A stretch of DNA of 64,000 nt from an uncultured Clostridium sp. (GCA_900554175.1 USGK01000002.1:31402-95401), one strand, 5' to 3'; shown: positions 49,501-59,182, numbered from the stretch's first letter. The notes: generated from the sequence alone by a model not told the origin. Translations and numbers: made by a program.

Positions 49501-51601
49501 CTGTAAAAATTCCTTCTCCAAAATTATCTTGATAAATATCTGAAATAGCATTAGTATATGAATCAATTCCTCCACTTCCTGCAAAAATTTTAGTAAATAA
49601 ATTTTGATAACTAATATCTATATTAACTCCAACTCTTGGTTGGATTAATCCATATCCTTCTATTACTTTTCCATTCTTTACTTCAGGTTTATTTAAAATA
49701 TGAGCCATTGCTCCTACTAATTCAAATGCTGAATTTAGTGTCAAATCTGTATCACTATCTAAAGTAATTATATATTTAAAATTAGGCATAATTTTTAGAT
49801 TTTCAATAATTGTATTACAATTATATTTATCTAATTTTCCTTTTTTCTCTGCAATACCTCCTAATATCTCAGCAAATTCAGTTAATGCTCCTCTTTTTCT
49901 TTCCCAACCTAAGTAAGAAGATTCTTTATCATTCCAATATCTTTTTCTATATATAAAGTGAAATATAGGAAAATTTTCTACTTTATATTTTTCATTTAAC
50001 TTTTTTGTAATTTTTAGTCCAAAATCAACTAATTCTTTATCATATTCCTCAACTTCAACGTTACTCTCCGAACAATCACCCAATAAACAAAAATAAAGAT
50101 TTTTTGATTTATTTGCTAGATAATATACTTCCATCTTATTCATAATCTCTTCAATCTTATCTTTTGTTTTTATTATAGTTGGAATTACTACCATAGTAGT
50201 ATTTTCTTCATCAATCCCATTATAAAAATCTAATTTAGGAATTATTTTTGGTTTTATAAATTTACTTAAAATATATTCAATAATTTTTATCGTAAGTTCT
50301 GAAAATGGAATTAAAAATATTAAAAATGAAATAACTCCTGTTACTTTACTTTTAGTTATATTAAATATATTTAAAGAAGTTACTACAGATAATATAATTG
50401 TAATAACTGTTATACTGCTTATATATAATTTAACTTTTGTGTTATTACTTAATATTTTTCTTGGTTTAACTTGTAATTTTTTATACAATTTTTCTGTATT
50501 TTTCCCGAATAAATAATAACCTATATGACTCGTCTTTTCGCCTACCTTGCCTTCATTGGCAAGTTCAATTAATTTTTTTGCTATATAAATTTCCGATATC
50601 TTTGTTGATTTTGAAATTTCTTTTATTTTTCTTCTATATTCATCTTTAGTCTGATAATCCATTTTTCTATATACATCCGCAGGGTCACTTTTCAATATCT
50701 CTTCTACGTCATTTACTTTTTCAAATATTTCTAGGAAATTAATTCTATTTATCCTTTTCAAACTTGTTATACTATTTCCTATGGAAACTTTTTGAATCGC
50801 AATGTCAAAATGTTCTTTTTTTATTACATCTGAGACTGTATTTCCTGTTTTTTCAATTTCCTCTTCTAAAACCCCTAAATAACTTTCTGTTTTTTTTCCA
50901 TATTTTTTTAACTTGTATGATAAATACTCTACAAATGGATATTTAACATTTTCTGTAATTTCTAATATCTTTTTAGGCTTTTTTATATATAATAATTCGT
51001 CTTTTGGTTTTTCTTCGACCAATCTTTCAACTATTGATTCTACTTTGTATTTTTCTATTTCAGATATATATATGACCTCTGAGATTTGTCTTATTTTTTC
51101 TATTATAGCAATTTGCATAAATATTCCTATATTCCATATCTCATCCATACTTAGACTTTTTTTTGTTTGGTATGCTTCTAAACATTCTTCTAAAATAGTT
51201 TCATCTATTTTACAATCAGTATAATTTACAATTTCACTTGCCAAAACATAAACTCTTGCAAATCCATAATTTTTTCCATTTTTTATTCCTAGGAAATTTT
51301 TATATTTACTAAGACTCAGATTTTTCTGTATAGATTTTACCACTTCTTCTATAACATAAAAATTATCTAAAAGCCATTCCCCTGCTGGATGTATTACTAT
51401 GTTTAATTTAACATGTTCATTTAAAATATTATATACATTTCTTATAAACTCAAAATTGTCAATCATTTGAGGTACCGGATATGTTTCTTTATTCGAATTT
51501 GATTTTAAATTATGTGTTGTTGCTATTTTTTCTAGATGTTTTTTTAAATCTTCCCTATTCAAAATTTCTCCATCTGAATTTAACACCCTTTTTTCTTTCA
51601 T
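43535..51601 (-). CDS. cyclic beta-1,2-glucan synthase-like giant protein (TM region plus GT84-type transferase plus GH94 phosphorylase-like C-terminus)
   Basis: 2688 aa. Architecture and blocks (HPAGEWLLDNFY, ITLDSDTDL, multiple TMs, C-terminal GGWTWYTGSSSWYY) match my memory of Cgs/NdvB/ChvB-type enzymes. Confidence 0.75.
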   Translation of the reverse strand: MKEKRVLNSDGEILNREDLKKHLEKIATTHNLKSNSNKETYPVPQMIDNFEFIRNVYNILNEHVKLNIVIHPAGEWLLDNFYVIEEVVKSIQKNLSLSKYKNFLGIKNGKNYGFARVYVLASEIVNYTDCKIDETILEECLEAYQTKKSLSMDEIWNIGIFMQIAIIEKIRQISEVIYISEIEKYKVESIVERLVEEKPKDELLYIKKPKKILEITENVKYPFVEYLSYKLKKYGKKTESYLGVLEEEIEKTGNTVSDVIKKEHFDIAIQKVSIGNSITSLKRINRINFLEIFEKVNDVEEILKSDPADVYRKMDYQTKDEYRRKIKEISKSTKISEIYIAKKLIELANEGKVGEKTSHIGYYLFGKNTEKLYKKLQVKPRKILSNNTKVKLYISSITVITIILSVVTSLNIFNITKSKVTGVISFLIFLIPFSELTIKIIEYILSKFIKPKIIPKLDFYNGIDEENTTMVVIPTIIKTKDKIEEIMNKMEVYYLANKSKNLYFCLLGDCSESNVEVEEYDKELVDFGLKITKKLNEKYKVENFPIFHFIYRKRYWNDKESSYLGWERKRGALTEFAEILGGIAEKKGKLDKYNCNTIIENLKIMPNFKYIITLDSDTDLTLNSAFELVGAMAHILNKPEVKNGKVIEGYGLIQPRVGVNIDISYQNLFTKIFAGSGGIDSYTNAISDIYQDNFGEGIFTGKGIFNLECYLKVLKNEIPENKVLSHDLLEGNYLRCGLASDILLMDGYPTKYSSFMVRLSRWIRGDWQIIEWLKNKKMNLLSKYKIFDNLRRSLFEISIVFGIVFLFIIRNKYKINVNLKTILLYFIVIMPFFLEFLNHIIQKKDGEKKQVTFLPKFDGIIGSIIRAALTLSVIPYKAYISLKSILKTLYRLIISKRNLLEWTTSEEAERNSKNDVGSYYKNMFINVIAGVIICAISYKFKDLVSFIIGIMWIVAPFAMCNISKTKGKKDAVDYLSNNEKDFCIEIASKTFQFFKDNLTIENNYLIPDNYQYDRKKEYVDRTSSTNIGLSLLAIVSGIDLNFISKEEGIELLKNMLNSIESLEKWHGHLYNWYDIKTKKPLYPRYISTVDSGNFIGYLFVLKVYLIGLEDEFDCIKDLIEIITNMIDNAEFSYLYSEKNRLFSIGFNIEENKLTDSYYDLLASEARQASFIAIAKKDVPTKHWNCLNRTLTILNNRKGLISWSGTAFEYMMPNINIKRYEGSLLDESCKFALMSQIEYSKKLNIPWGISESAFNLKDLHHNYQYKAFGIPWLGLKRGLADEMVVSSYASILAILDKPKEVVQNLMLLKEYGMYNKYGFYESIDFTPSRQKKNETFSVVKTYMAHHQGLILLSINNLINKNILQKRFSLNPEIKANEILLQERMPETFITTKEQKEKLEKLKYKDYENYTSAVYNNDDNRITRGNVISNEKYTVAINQFGEGFSKYKNIYVNRFKITEDYMQGILFFIKNVKSKKAVNVTKENSKVFFMPDQVKFERVEGNIKTKLRMVLDQEEAVEIRRLELENIGNTEESLEVSCKFEPILSSKEQDYAHPSFNSLFLMMDYDENEKILEVKRRKRGNNEKEMFLEAMFSTDATVLVDNEFETDKEKLQVRGELDIPYKIKKSIPFSNKVGLTTEPVVAMRKTIKLAPNEKKSVDLIISISEDREKAKEHLTKYKNIENVKRTFEISKANSEAESRYLQIKGKQINLFEKILSYIIFENPLKKNFIKDTTKVYNREDFWKYGISGDLPIIVLKIKDANDIYVVNTVLKLYEFILTKNMEVDIVLIDEEKSVGERYVREEIESKILDSHLAYKKNIRGGIFVFSKDEIKNEDMKLFEFASSICIDAKKGDLEYVIKDLEEEYLKTKQESQKIKHTSVINKDNIQNIDILKEENKKYFNEYGAFSPSGKEYLIKSNKNNKLPTVWSHILANEKFGTVVTESMGGYTWYKNCRLNRISVWENNAFLDIPSEIIYIQDEETGETWSLGQNPIPDENNYMSIFGFGYAKYIHESNGILQENTVFVPKEDSIKINLIKLTNNTLKKKKIKIVYFVKPVLGEDEIKSNEYIKLKFDEKNNLVIAQNMYESNFKSMAYVSSCLKIKSYTGDKKSFLGKGGISNPDGLNRDKLSNDSGIGTKPCIAIEFKVELESMSSKEFVINLGAEENYKDIQEYSCKYNDINICKQELDAVKNNWKEVLEKLQVYTELESLNIFLNGWCLYQTISSRLLAKSGFYQSGGAYGFRDQLQDTLALKYSLPERMKRQILLHSKHQFIEGDVEHWWHEETSRGIRTKFSDDLLWLVYVTEEYIKVTGDYEILDIELPFLKGDILQEDQDERYDLYLETDIKESLYNHCIKAINKSLNFGKRKLPKIGSGDWNDGFSNVGVKGIGESVWLGFFLYDILKKFIPICKLRKDFELAKRYEEISEELKKALNTVAWDGRWYKRAFTDDGKVLGTIENDECRIDGIAQSWSVISGAGDNDKKFISMENLENYLVDKKNGIIKLLDPPFDKGDLNPGYIKAYVPGVRENGGQYTHGSCWAIIAEALLGFGDKAIELYRMINPIEHSRTKEEAEKYKVEPYVIAADIYGAKNLAGMGGWTWYTGSSSWYYQAGIEYILGFRIENNKIKFSPCIPKGWKEYSIRYKYKDSIYNIKIKNLNHKNGGVTKVLVNGKDAKNEIYLDGSGKIFNVEVEI

Positions 51602-51699
51602 AAAAAATTCCCTTTCTGTTTTTTTCTATATTGTCTGCATTTTTAGGAATTTTTATACAAAAAAGGAGAATATTTTGATTTTAAAATTACCTATATAAC

Positions 51700-51746
51700 A
51701 TTATTAAAAAGGAATTACTAAAAATTTAATTTTAGTAATTCCTTTT
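51700..51746 (-). terminator. strong intrinsic terminator
   Basis: Perfect 17-bp stem AAAAGGAATTACTAAAA / TTTTAGTAATTCCTTTT (51707-51723 with 51730-51746), with a U-rich tail on the minus strand. Confidence 0.75.
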
Positions 51747-52292
51747 CTATTTCACTAAATCTTTTATCTCATTTAAATTATAGTATGTATTTTTATTATA
51801 TTTTATGCCTCTTGTATAATATATATCTATATCTTCATATTTATCATCTTTAATAGTATACTTTATTATATAATAACTTCCATTTTTCCATAAGCTTTGT
51901 AATCCCATTTTGTTTAATGCATCTTTGCTAACAGCATAATACACACTACCATTTTCAATATTTTTTAAACCATATTCTAAATAATTGCTTTCTGTCAAGA
52001 GAATGAATTTATAATTATCACCAGTAAAACAATCACGTCTTCCTTTCTCTTTTTGTGAAATTGTTTCATTTTCTCCAACTGTTGAACTTAAGTTCCATGT
52101 TTTACTTTCTATTTCTTCTTCTATTACTCTTGCTTTTGATTTTAATGTTAACATATTTGTAACTAAATTTTCAACTTTCGACTTATCTACTAAATCTCTT
52201 CCATAACTTATTCCTACCATTGCAATTATAAAAATGACAACAATAGTTATAATAAGTGCAATCATTGTAATTCCTTTATTTGACTTCATCAT
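51747..52292 (-). CDS. prepilin-like N-terminus protein (181 aa)
   Basis: MMKSNKG-ITMIALIITIVVIFII resembles a class III signal (KG|xTxI) but lacks Glu at +5. No obvious SD. Starts 5 nt after the ispH stop. Confidence 0.45.
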   Translation of the reverse strand: MMKSNKGITMIALIITIVVIFIIAMVGISYGRDLVDKSKVENLVTNMLTLKSKARVIEEEIESKTWNLSSTVGENETISQKEKGRRDCFTGDNYKFILLTESNYLEYGLKNIENGSVYYAVSKDALNKMGLQSLWKNGSYYIIKYTIKDDKYEDIDIYYTRGIKYNKNTYYNLNEIKDLVK

Positions 52293-52297
52293 ATTAA

Positions 52298-53176
52298 TTA
52301 GTTCGATGTATTATTACATCTTTCCTTTCCTATATTTTTCAAATATTTTATTACATTCTCTATATCTTCCCCTGGAGTTGAAGCTCCAGCCATAATACCA
52401 ATTCTTTCTACTTTTGAAAAATATAAATTAATAATATCTTCTTTTCCCTGTATTAAATATACATTTTTACAATTTAATTTAGAAATATCGGCTAATTTAT
52501 TTGTATTTGAACTTTTTTCATCTCCTATTATTAGCATTATATCTACTTTTTTTGATATTTCATCAGTTTCTTTTTGTCTAACTTCAGTTGCCATACATAT
52601 TGTTTTCTTCACTTCAATATTGTAGTTTGTGAAATTTAATTTTATACCGTCAACGATTTCATCGAATTTTTTTGAATTATATGTTGTTTGTCCTATTATT
52701 AAAACATTATTTAATCCACTTTTTATTAACTTATGTTTACATTCTTCTATATCTTCAAAATCAGATACTATAAACGAATTCTCTCCACAAAAACTCTCTG
52801 TTCCAACAACTTCAGGATGACTCTTTTTTCCTATTAAAACAATAAAATATCCATCTTGTACATACTTTTCAGCTATTTGATGTATTTTTACTACATTTGG
52901 ACAAGTTAAATCTTGAAGTCTTATATTTAATTTTGAAGCTTCTTCATAAATATTTTTTGTAACACCATGTGCTCTAATAATACAGCTCCCATTTGCTTCT
53001 TCTATATTTTCTATGAAATGCATTCCATTTTTTTCTAATCTGTTGATTACATTTTTATTATGTACAATTTCTCCTAGACAATATTTAATTCCCTTTTTTA
53101 ACTCATTTTCTGCACCATTCACAGCTCTTTTAACTCCATAGCAAAATCCTGCAGTTTTTCCAAGTATTATTTCCAT
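52298..53176 (-). CDS. ispH: 4-hydroxy-3-methylbut-2-enyl diphosphate reductase
   Basis: GFCYGVKRAV, HNKNV, TCPNV and ICMATEVRQ Cys motifs. Confidence 0.9.
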   Translation of the reverse strand: MEIILGKTAGFCYGVKRAVNGAENELKKGIKYCLGEIVHNKNVINRLEKNGMHFIENIEEANGSCIIRAHGVTKNIYEEASKLNIRLQDLTCPNVVKIHQIAEKYVQDGYFIVLIGKKSHPEVVGTESFCGENSFIVSDFEDIEECKHKLIKSGLNNVLIIGQTTYNSKKFDEIVDGIKLNFTNYNIEVKKTICMATEVRQKETDEISKKVDIMLIIGDEKSSNTNKLADISKLNCKNVYLIQGKEDIINLYFSKVERIGIMAGASTPGEDIENVIKYLKNIGKERCNNTSN

Positions 53177-53200
53177 ATAACTCCTCTAATAGTTTTTTAT

Positions 53201-54256
53201 TTATATCATTTTCAATATTTCTTCTTTTAAAGTTTCTACAATTTTTTCTTGTGGTATTTTTTTTATTATTTTCCCTTTTTTGAATAATACTCCTTCTTCT
53301 ACTCCTCCTGCTATACCAATATCAGCATTACTTGCCTCTCCTGGACCATTTACAACGCATCCCATTACCGCAACTTTTATGTCTGAATTAAGATTTTGTA
53401 AAAAATCTTCTATTTCTTTCGCAATCGGAATTAAGTCTATTCTCGTTCTTCCACAAGTTGGACATGAAATTAATGTTGGTGTATTTTCATATAAATTGCA
53501 GTCTTTTAAGATTTCTTTTGCAACTTTTATTTCTTTTATAGGATCATCTGAAAGTGAAACTCTTAAAGTATCTCCTATTCCTTGTCTTAGTAAAACCCCT
53601 AAACCTATACTTGACTTAATGGTTCCACTAAACTCTGTTCCTGCTTCTGTTATTCCTAAATGCAATGGGTACTTAAATTCTTTACTTGCCATTTCATATG
53701 CAGAAATACATAAATCTAAATCAGATGCCTTAAGAGATATTACTATATTAAAGAACCCCAAATCCTCTAGAATTTTAACGTGTCTTCTTGCACTTTCTAC
53801 CATTGCTTTTGCAGTTGGTTTTCCACCATTATCCTCTAGCAAATCTTTTTCTAATGATCCAGCATTTACCCCTATTCTAATTGGTATATTTTTCTCTTTT
53901 GCTTTATCTACTACTGCTTTTATCTTTTCTTCACTACCTATGTTTCCTGGATTTATTCTAACTTTATCCACACCTTGATTCATAGCTTCTAATGCAATTT
54001 TATAATCAAAATGAATGTCTGCAACAATTGGAATGTGAATTCTTTCTTTTATTCTTCCTATAGCCTTTGCATCTTCCATATCTAAACATGCTACACGGAT
54101 TATCTCACAGCCTGCTTTCTCTAATTCTATAATTTGTTTAACTGTTGCATCTACATCTTTTGTTTTTGTATTACACATTGATTGTATAACTACTTTATTT
54201 TGATGTCCTATTTCTATGTTTCCTACTTTTACTTTTCTAGTATTTAATCTATCCAC
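53201..54256 (-). CDS. ispG: (E)-4-hydroxy-3-methylbut-2-enyl diphosphate synthase
   Basis: [17 protein letters not shown] and [19 protein letters not shown] motifs. GTG start at 54256, 8 nt after GGAGGA. The longer N-terminus in the track looks non-genic. Confidence 0.9.
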   Translation of the reverse strand: MDRLNTRKVKVGNIEIGHQNKVVIQSMCNTKTKDVDATVKQIIELEKAGCEIIRVACLDMEDAKAIGRIKERIHIPIVADIHFDYKIALEAMNQGVDKVRINPGNIGSEEKIKAVVDKAKEKNIPIRIGVNAGSLEKDLLEDNGGKPTAKAMVESARRHVKILEDLGFFNIVISLKASDLDLCISAYEMASKEFKYPLHLGITEAGTEFSGTIKSSIGLGVLLRQGIGDTLRVSLSDDPIKEIKVAKEILKDCNLYENTPTLISCPTCGRTRIDLIPIAKEIEDFLQNLNSDIKVAVMGCVVNGPGEASNADIGIAGGVEEGVLFKKGKIIKKIPQEKIVETLKEEILKMI

Positions 54257-54296
54257 TATTGAAATCCTCCGATATACACACCTAATAATGCTTTGT

Positions 54297-55064
54297 TTAT
54301 GTAGCAATATAATATCCTACACCTCTTTTTGTTATTAATATTTTTGGATTAGATGTATCTTTTTCTATTTTCTCTCTTATTCTTCTTACTGTTACATCTA
54401 CTGTTCTTATATCTCCATAATACTCATATCCCCAAACTTTTTCTAGCAAAGACTCTCTTGTAACAACCTGCCCTGGTTCTTGAGCTAAAAATTTTAAAAC
54501 TTCAAATTCTCTTAATGTCAAGTCAACTACTTTATCATTAACCATTACTTCAAAACGATCTAAATCTAAAGTTAAAATTCCAACTTTAATTGTATTTGAT
54601 CTTTTAACTTCTTTTGATTTTTCCTCATTTTCTTCATTTTTAGATTGTTCTGTAGAATTCTTGTCTTGTGCAACCATAGCGTCTGCTTTTCTTAAATTTG
54701 CTTTAACCCTTGCTAAAAGCTCTCTTACACTGAAAGGCTTTGTTATATAGTCATCTGCACCAAGTTCTAGCCCTACAATTTTATCTAATTCTTCATCTTT
54801 TGCTGAAACCATAAGAATTGGAACATTCATCATATTCTTTATTCTTTTACATACAGATAATCCATCTAATTTTGGAAGCATTATATCTAACAAAATTAAA
54901 TCTGGCTTTTCGCGAGAAGCTACATCGATTGCCTCTAATCCATCGTGTGCCTCAATCACATTATAACCTTCTTTTTTTAAATTGTGTGTTAGTAAATTGA
55001 TGATCATTTTTTCATCATCAACTATTAATATTGTTTTTTTAAATTCATTATTCGTATCTTCCAC
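54297..55064 (-). CDS. OmpR/PhoB-family response regulator
   Basis: Receiver ILIVDDE...[14 protein letters not shown]...SAKDE and winged-helix [18 protein letters not shown]. About 30-aa N/E/K-rich linker. GTG start. No kinase gene adjacent. Confidence 0.85.
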   Translation of the reverse strand: MEDTNNEFKKTILIVDDEKMIINLLTHNLKKEGYNVIEAHDGLEAIDVASREKPDLILLDIMLPKLDGLSVCKRIKNMMNVPILMVSAKDEELDKIVGLELGADDYITKPFSVRELLARVKANLRKADAMVAQDKNSTEQSKNEENEEKSKEVKRSNTIKVGILTLDLDRFEVMVNDKVVDLTLREFEVLKFLAQEPGQVVTRESLLEKVWGYEYYGDIRTVDVTVRRIREKIEKDTSNPKILITKRGVGYYIAT

Positions 55065-55099
55065 AAAAACATACCTTCCTTAACCAATTTTATAACGTT

Positions 55100-55128
55100 A
55101 CTATATCACATTTGTTTTTTATATGCAA
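55100..55128 (-). promoter_or_regulatory. sigma-A-type promoter for response-regulator/ispG/ispH string
   Basis: Minus strand TTGCAT (55128-55123), 17 nt spacer, TATAGT (55105-55100), with TGA giving an extended -10. Confidence 0.5.
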
Positions 55129-55147
55129 GTTTTATTAAGTAAAAAAA

Positions 55148-58100
55148 CTATACAACATTTTCCAAAAAATCTTTTACATCATTTAGGATGTCTTTTTCTG
55201 TCTTGCTATTACTCTTTAAAGTAACCATAGGTTTTATTCCTGGAGAAAACTTAATATTATTTCCATAAATTTTTATAAGTTCTATAATTTTATCACCATT
55301 AAATTTTTCATTTTCGAATGTAAATACAGTGCCACTTTGTTTACTTGAAATTTTATTTACAAATGCTTTTTTAGCTAATTGTTTTATTCTAGAGATCTCA
55401 AGCAAGTTCTCTATTTGCTTTGGCATATCACCAAATCTATCTATAATCTCATCTGTAATATCTTGAATATCTTTTTCATTTTGGCAAAGAGCAATGTCTT
55501 GATAAATTTCTATTTTTTGATTTGAATCTGAAATATAGCTATCTGGAATATAACTTGTAACATTCAAATCAATTTGAACTTCAAATTCTTTATCCACTTT
55601 AATTCCTTGTTCTTCTTTTACAACTTCATCAAGAAGTCTACAGTATGTGTCATATCCTACTTCTTCTAAATGACCATGTTGAACTTCACCGATTAAGCTT
55701 CCCGCACCTCTTATTTCTAAATCTCTCATCGCAATTTTAAATCCAGAACCGAATTCTGTAAATTCTTTGATTGCTTTTAGACGTTTATCTGCCACCTCAG
55801 ATAATAGTTTATCTTTTTTATATGTAATATATGCATAACCTTGTCTATCTGATCTTCCAACTCTTCCTCTTATTTGGTAAAGCTGTGCCAATCCCATTCT
55901 ATCTGCCTTTTCAACTATAATGGTATTTGCATTTGGAATATCAATTCCAGATTCTAAAATTGTTGTGCAAACAAGTACATTTGTATTTCCATCAACAAAA
56001 TCGCTCATTATATCTTCTATTTGACTACCTGTCATTCTACCATGTGCATATGTAACTTTTGCTTCCGGAACAAGTCTTGATATTTCATCTGCTTTTTGCA
56101 TAATATTTTCGACATTGTTGAATAAATAAAATACTTGCCCATTTCTCTCAAGCTCTTTTGTTATGGCCTCTTTGATAACCTCAGAATCATATTCTAATAC
56201 ATAAGTTTGAACAGGTTTTCTATTTTGAGGTGGATCATAAATTACTGACATATCTCTTATTCCTACAACAGACATATGCATTGTTCTTGGAATTGGAGTA
56301 GCTGTCATTGTTAAAACATCTACATTCATTTTATATTCTTTAATTTTTTCCTTTGCCTTAACTCCAAACCTATGCTCTTCATCTATTATTAAAAGTCCCA
56401 AATCTTTAAATCTTATGTCTTTTCCTAGAATTTTGTGTGTTGCAACAACAATATCTACTTCCCCTAAAGCTAATTCTTTTATAATCTTGTTCTTATCTTT
56501 TGTTGAAACAAATCTATTTAATAATTCAACTTTTACAGGGAAATCTTTCATTCTTGATTTAAAGCTCTCATACTGTTGTTTAGCTAAAACTGTGGTAGGC
56601 ACCAAATACACTACCTGCTTATGATCCATTACTGCTTTGAAAGCTGCTCTTATTGCAACTTCTGTTTTTCCATATCCTACATCTCCACATAAAAGTCTAT
56701 CCATAGGCTTTTCATTTTCCATATCTTTTTTTACTTCTTCAATACATCTTAATTGGTCATCTGTTTCTATATATGGAAAACTTTCTTCAAATTGTTTTTG
56801 CCATTCATTATCAGGAGAAAATGCAAACCCCTTCGCCCTTTCCCTTCTTGCATACAATTCTATTAATTCTTTTGCAACAGCTCTTAAATTGTTTTTTACC
56901 TTATTTGTCGTCTTTTCCCAATCTTTGCTTCCAAGACTATTTAATTTTAAATTAAGTTCTTCTCCACCAACATATTTTCTTATTGAATCTAGAGCATTTG
57001 TAGGAATATATAATATAGCATCTCCTGCGTATTTTAATTTTATATAATCCTTTACTGTTCCATCTGCTTCTATTGTATTTACTCCAATATAAATTCCAAT
57101 TCCGTACTTTCTATGTACTACATAATCTCCAACTTTTAAATCTGCAAAAACAACCTTTTCTGCATTTTTAAAAACTTCACTTTTTCTTTTTTTATCTCTT
57201 GTTTTTGCACTAACTAATTCGTTGGCAGTAATTAAACAAACATTTAATTCATAACTTAAAAAACCTTGAGATAAAACTCCCTTTGTAATTATTACTGTAT
57301 TATTATTGCTTCCAATTATCTTGTTATTCAATTTTTCTTGATAGATAGCTGGAATTTCATTTTCTTGTAGAAGCATAATAATTTTATCTGCTTTTTCCTT
57401 TAAATCTACTACAATATGTACTTTTTTCTTGTCTTTTATAAATTTTCTTATATCATCTATAAATATATCTGTATCACTTTTGAAATAATTTAATTCTTTA
57501 CTATTAAAATCATATTTTTCTATATTTGACTTAAAAAAATTGTCAAATTTATTTAAATAAATAGTCTGATATAACTTAAGTTTATCTCTAAAATTTTCAA
57601 AAGTCTCTGTATTTTTCAGACTATCTGAAATCATTCTTTCTTTATCTAATAATGTATTTACTGTATTTTTTTCATCTTCTGCTATTGCTTTACATCTTGC
57701 TTCTATTTTTGAAATTTCATCAACAAATATAAGTGACCCCTTTGAAAAATATTCTAAAATTGTTGCACTATTTTTATAAAAAGAATTAAAGTATTTATCA
57801 ACTTTGCTCAAATAATTTCCGGCTTTTATCTCTTCAATATCCTTCTCGGCTATCTCTAAAGTCTTCCCCCTAAAAATTCTTTTTTCTATTGATTTAGCTA
57901 CATTTTCTAATTTTTCTTCTAAAATATATTCATGAGCAGGATAAATTGATATTTTCTCAATGCTTTCAGTTGATCTTTGACTAATAATGCTAAAATATCT
58001 TATAGAATCAATTTCGTCTCCCCAAAGTTCTATACGGATTCCCATATTTTCATTTATTGAAACATCAATAATTCCCCCACGAACACTAAATTCTCCTCTT

Positions 58101-58603
58101 CCATCTATTAAATCAAATCTCTCGTAACCTAACTTTATTAGTTTTTCTTTTAAAATATCTAAATTACAGTTTTCTCCTACCTTTAAATCTATTACATTTT
58201 TATACAAACTGTCTTTTGCAATAATCTTTTGATTTAAAGCTTCTATTGATGTCACAATAATAATGTTTTTATTTTCATAAATTTTATTTAATACTTCTAT
58301 TCTCTCATAAGGTAAATTTTTACTTTCTGCCACATAATCATATGTTACAATTTCTTTTTTAGGTAAAAAAACTGCCTTATCTGTAAAAAAACTAAAATCC
58401 TTTACTAGATTTTTAGCTTGAATTTCATTATATGTAATAAGCAAAATTGGATTCTTAATTCTTTCAACAATTCTTGCAATACACATTACTTCAGAAACTG
58501 AAGTTAAGCCCGAAATAGCTATCGGACTTTTTTTATTTTTTATTTGATTTTCTAATTCAATAAACTTATTTGAACTATTTAACTCTTCTAAAATCGTATT
58601 CAT
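55148..58603 (-). CDS. mfd: transcription-repair coupling factor
   Basis: 1151 aa. GDVGYGKTEVA, IIDEEHRFGV and QLYQIRGRVGRS motifs. Confidence 0.95.
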   Translation of the reverse strand: MNTILEELNSSNKFIELENQIKNKKSPIAISGLTSVSEVMCIARIVERIKNPILLITYNEIQAKNLVKDFSFFTDKAVFLPKKEIVTYDYVAESKNLPYERIEVLNKIYENKNIIIVTSIEALNQKIIAKDSLYKNVIDLKVGENCNLDILKEKLIKLGYERFDLIDGRGEFSVRGGIIDVSINENMGIRIELWGDEIDSIRYFSIISQRSTESIEKISIYPAHEYILEEKLENVAKSIEKRIFRGKTLEIAEKDIEEIKAGNYLSKVDKYFNSFYKNSATILEYFSKGSLIFVDEISKIEARCKAIAEDEKNTVNTLLDKERMISDSLKNTETFENFRDKLKLYQTIYLNKFDNFFKSNIEKYDFNSKELNYFKSDTDIFIDDIRKFIKDKKKVHIVVDLKEKADKIIMLLQENEIPAIYQEKLNNKIIGSNNNTVIITKGVLSQGFLSYELNVCLITANELVSAKTRDKKRKSEVFKNAEKVVFADLKVGDYVVHRKYGIGIYIGVNTIEADGTVKDYIKLKYAGDAILYIPTNALDSIRKYVGGEELNLKLNSLGSKDWEKTTNKVKNNLRAVAKELIELYARRERAKGFAFSPDNEWQKQFEESFPYIETDDQLRCIEEVKKDMENEKPMDRLLCGDVGYGKTEVAIRAAFKAVMDHKQVVYLVPTTVLAKQQYESFKSRMKDFPVKVELLNRFVSTKDKNKIIKELALGEVDIVVATHKILGKDIRFKDLGLLIIDEEHRFGVKAKEKIKEYKMNVDVLTMTATPIPRTMHMSVVGIRDMSVIYDPPQNRKPVQTYVLEYDSEVIKEAITKELERNGQVFYLFNNVENIMQKADEISRLVPEAKVTYAHGRMTGSQIEDIMSDFVDGNTNVLVCTTILESGIDIPNANTIIVEKADRMGLAQLYQIRGRVGRSDRQGYAYITYKKDKLLSEVADKRLKAIKEFTEFGSGFKIAMRDLEIRGAGSLIGEVQHGHLEEVGYDTYCRLLDEVVKEEQGIKVDKEFEVQIDLNVTSYIPDSYISDSNQKIEIYQDIALCQNEKDIQDITDEIIDRFGDMPKQIENLLEISRIKQLAKKAFVNKISSKQSGTVFTFENEKFNGDKIIELIKIYGNNIKFSPGIKPMVTLKSNSKTEKDILNDVKDFLENVV

Positions 58604-58708
58604 TAAAATTGCTCCTTGTTTTAAATGACTTTAAGAATATGTAAAATTAGAGTTACATATTCTTAAAATCTCATATTAAAAAATATATTTTTAATTAGTA
58701 TTCTCTTG

Positions 58709-59104
58709 TTATTCTCGAGTTTTTTCCTCATCTTCTTTATGTTCTTCATTTCTGTTATTATAATTACTTTCTTTACTAACAGCATTTTCTTTTGATAATA
58801 TTTTATTCACATGTTTTGCTTTTATTTCTTTATCTACAAAAATTTTTTTAGACAATTCATCCACTCTCTTAAGTGATGCAAGAAGCTCCTGTTTTACTCT
58901 TTTTAAATGCTCCTCTTCTTCTTTATTTGAGTCATCGTTATCTGTATTTGTTCCTTCTATATTCTTTCTTTTTTTGACTTCTTCTCTAAATATTTTTATT
59001 GCTTCTTCTTGACTTAAAATTTCCGGTTCTTCATCAACTAATTTTGAAAATACTGCCTTAATATCTAATTTATCTTCTTTTTTTATCTCTTCATTATTTT
59101 CCAT
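58709..59104 (-). CDS. highly charged hypothetical protein (131 aa)
   Basis: E/K/N/D-rich, probably coiled/disordered. Followed by the hairpin TTAAGAATATGTAA...TTACATATTCTTAA. Confidence 0.45.
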   Translation of the reverse strand: MENNEEIKKEDKLDIKAVFSKLVDEEPEILSQEEAIKIFREEVKKRKNIEGTNTDNDDSNKEEEEHLKRVKQELLASLKRVDELSKKIFVDKEIKAKHVNKILSKENAVSKESNYNNRNEEHKEDEEKTRE

Positions 59105-59182
59105 TCGAGTATTTCTACCTTTCTTCAGAATCCCATTAATTTTAATTTAGCTCTAATTATAGATTCTAATTCTTTTATATCT

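Noticed and set aside
53280-53978. 232-aa plus-strand ORF antisense to ispG
   Set aside because: It lies entirely opposite a well-supported ispG. Its product is low-complexity (S/P/T/I-rich) with no RBS, a typical shadow ORF of a conserved gene.
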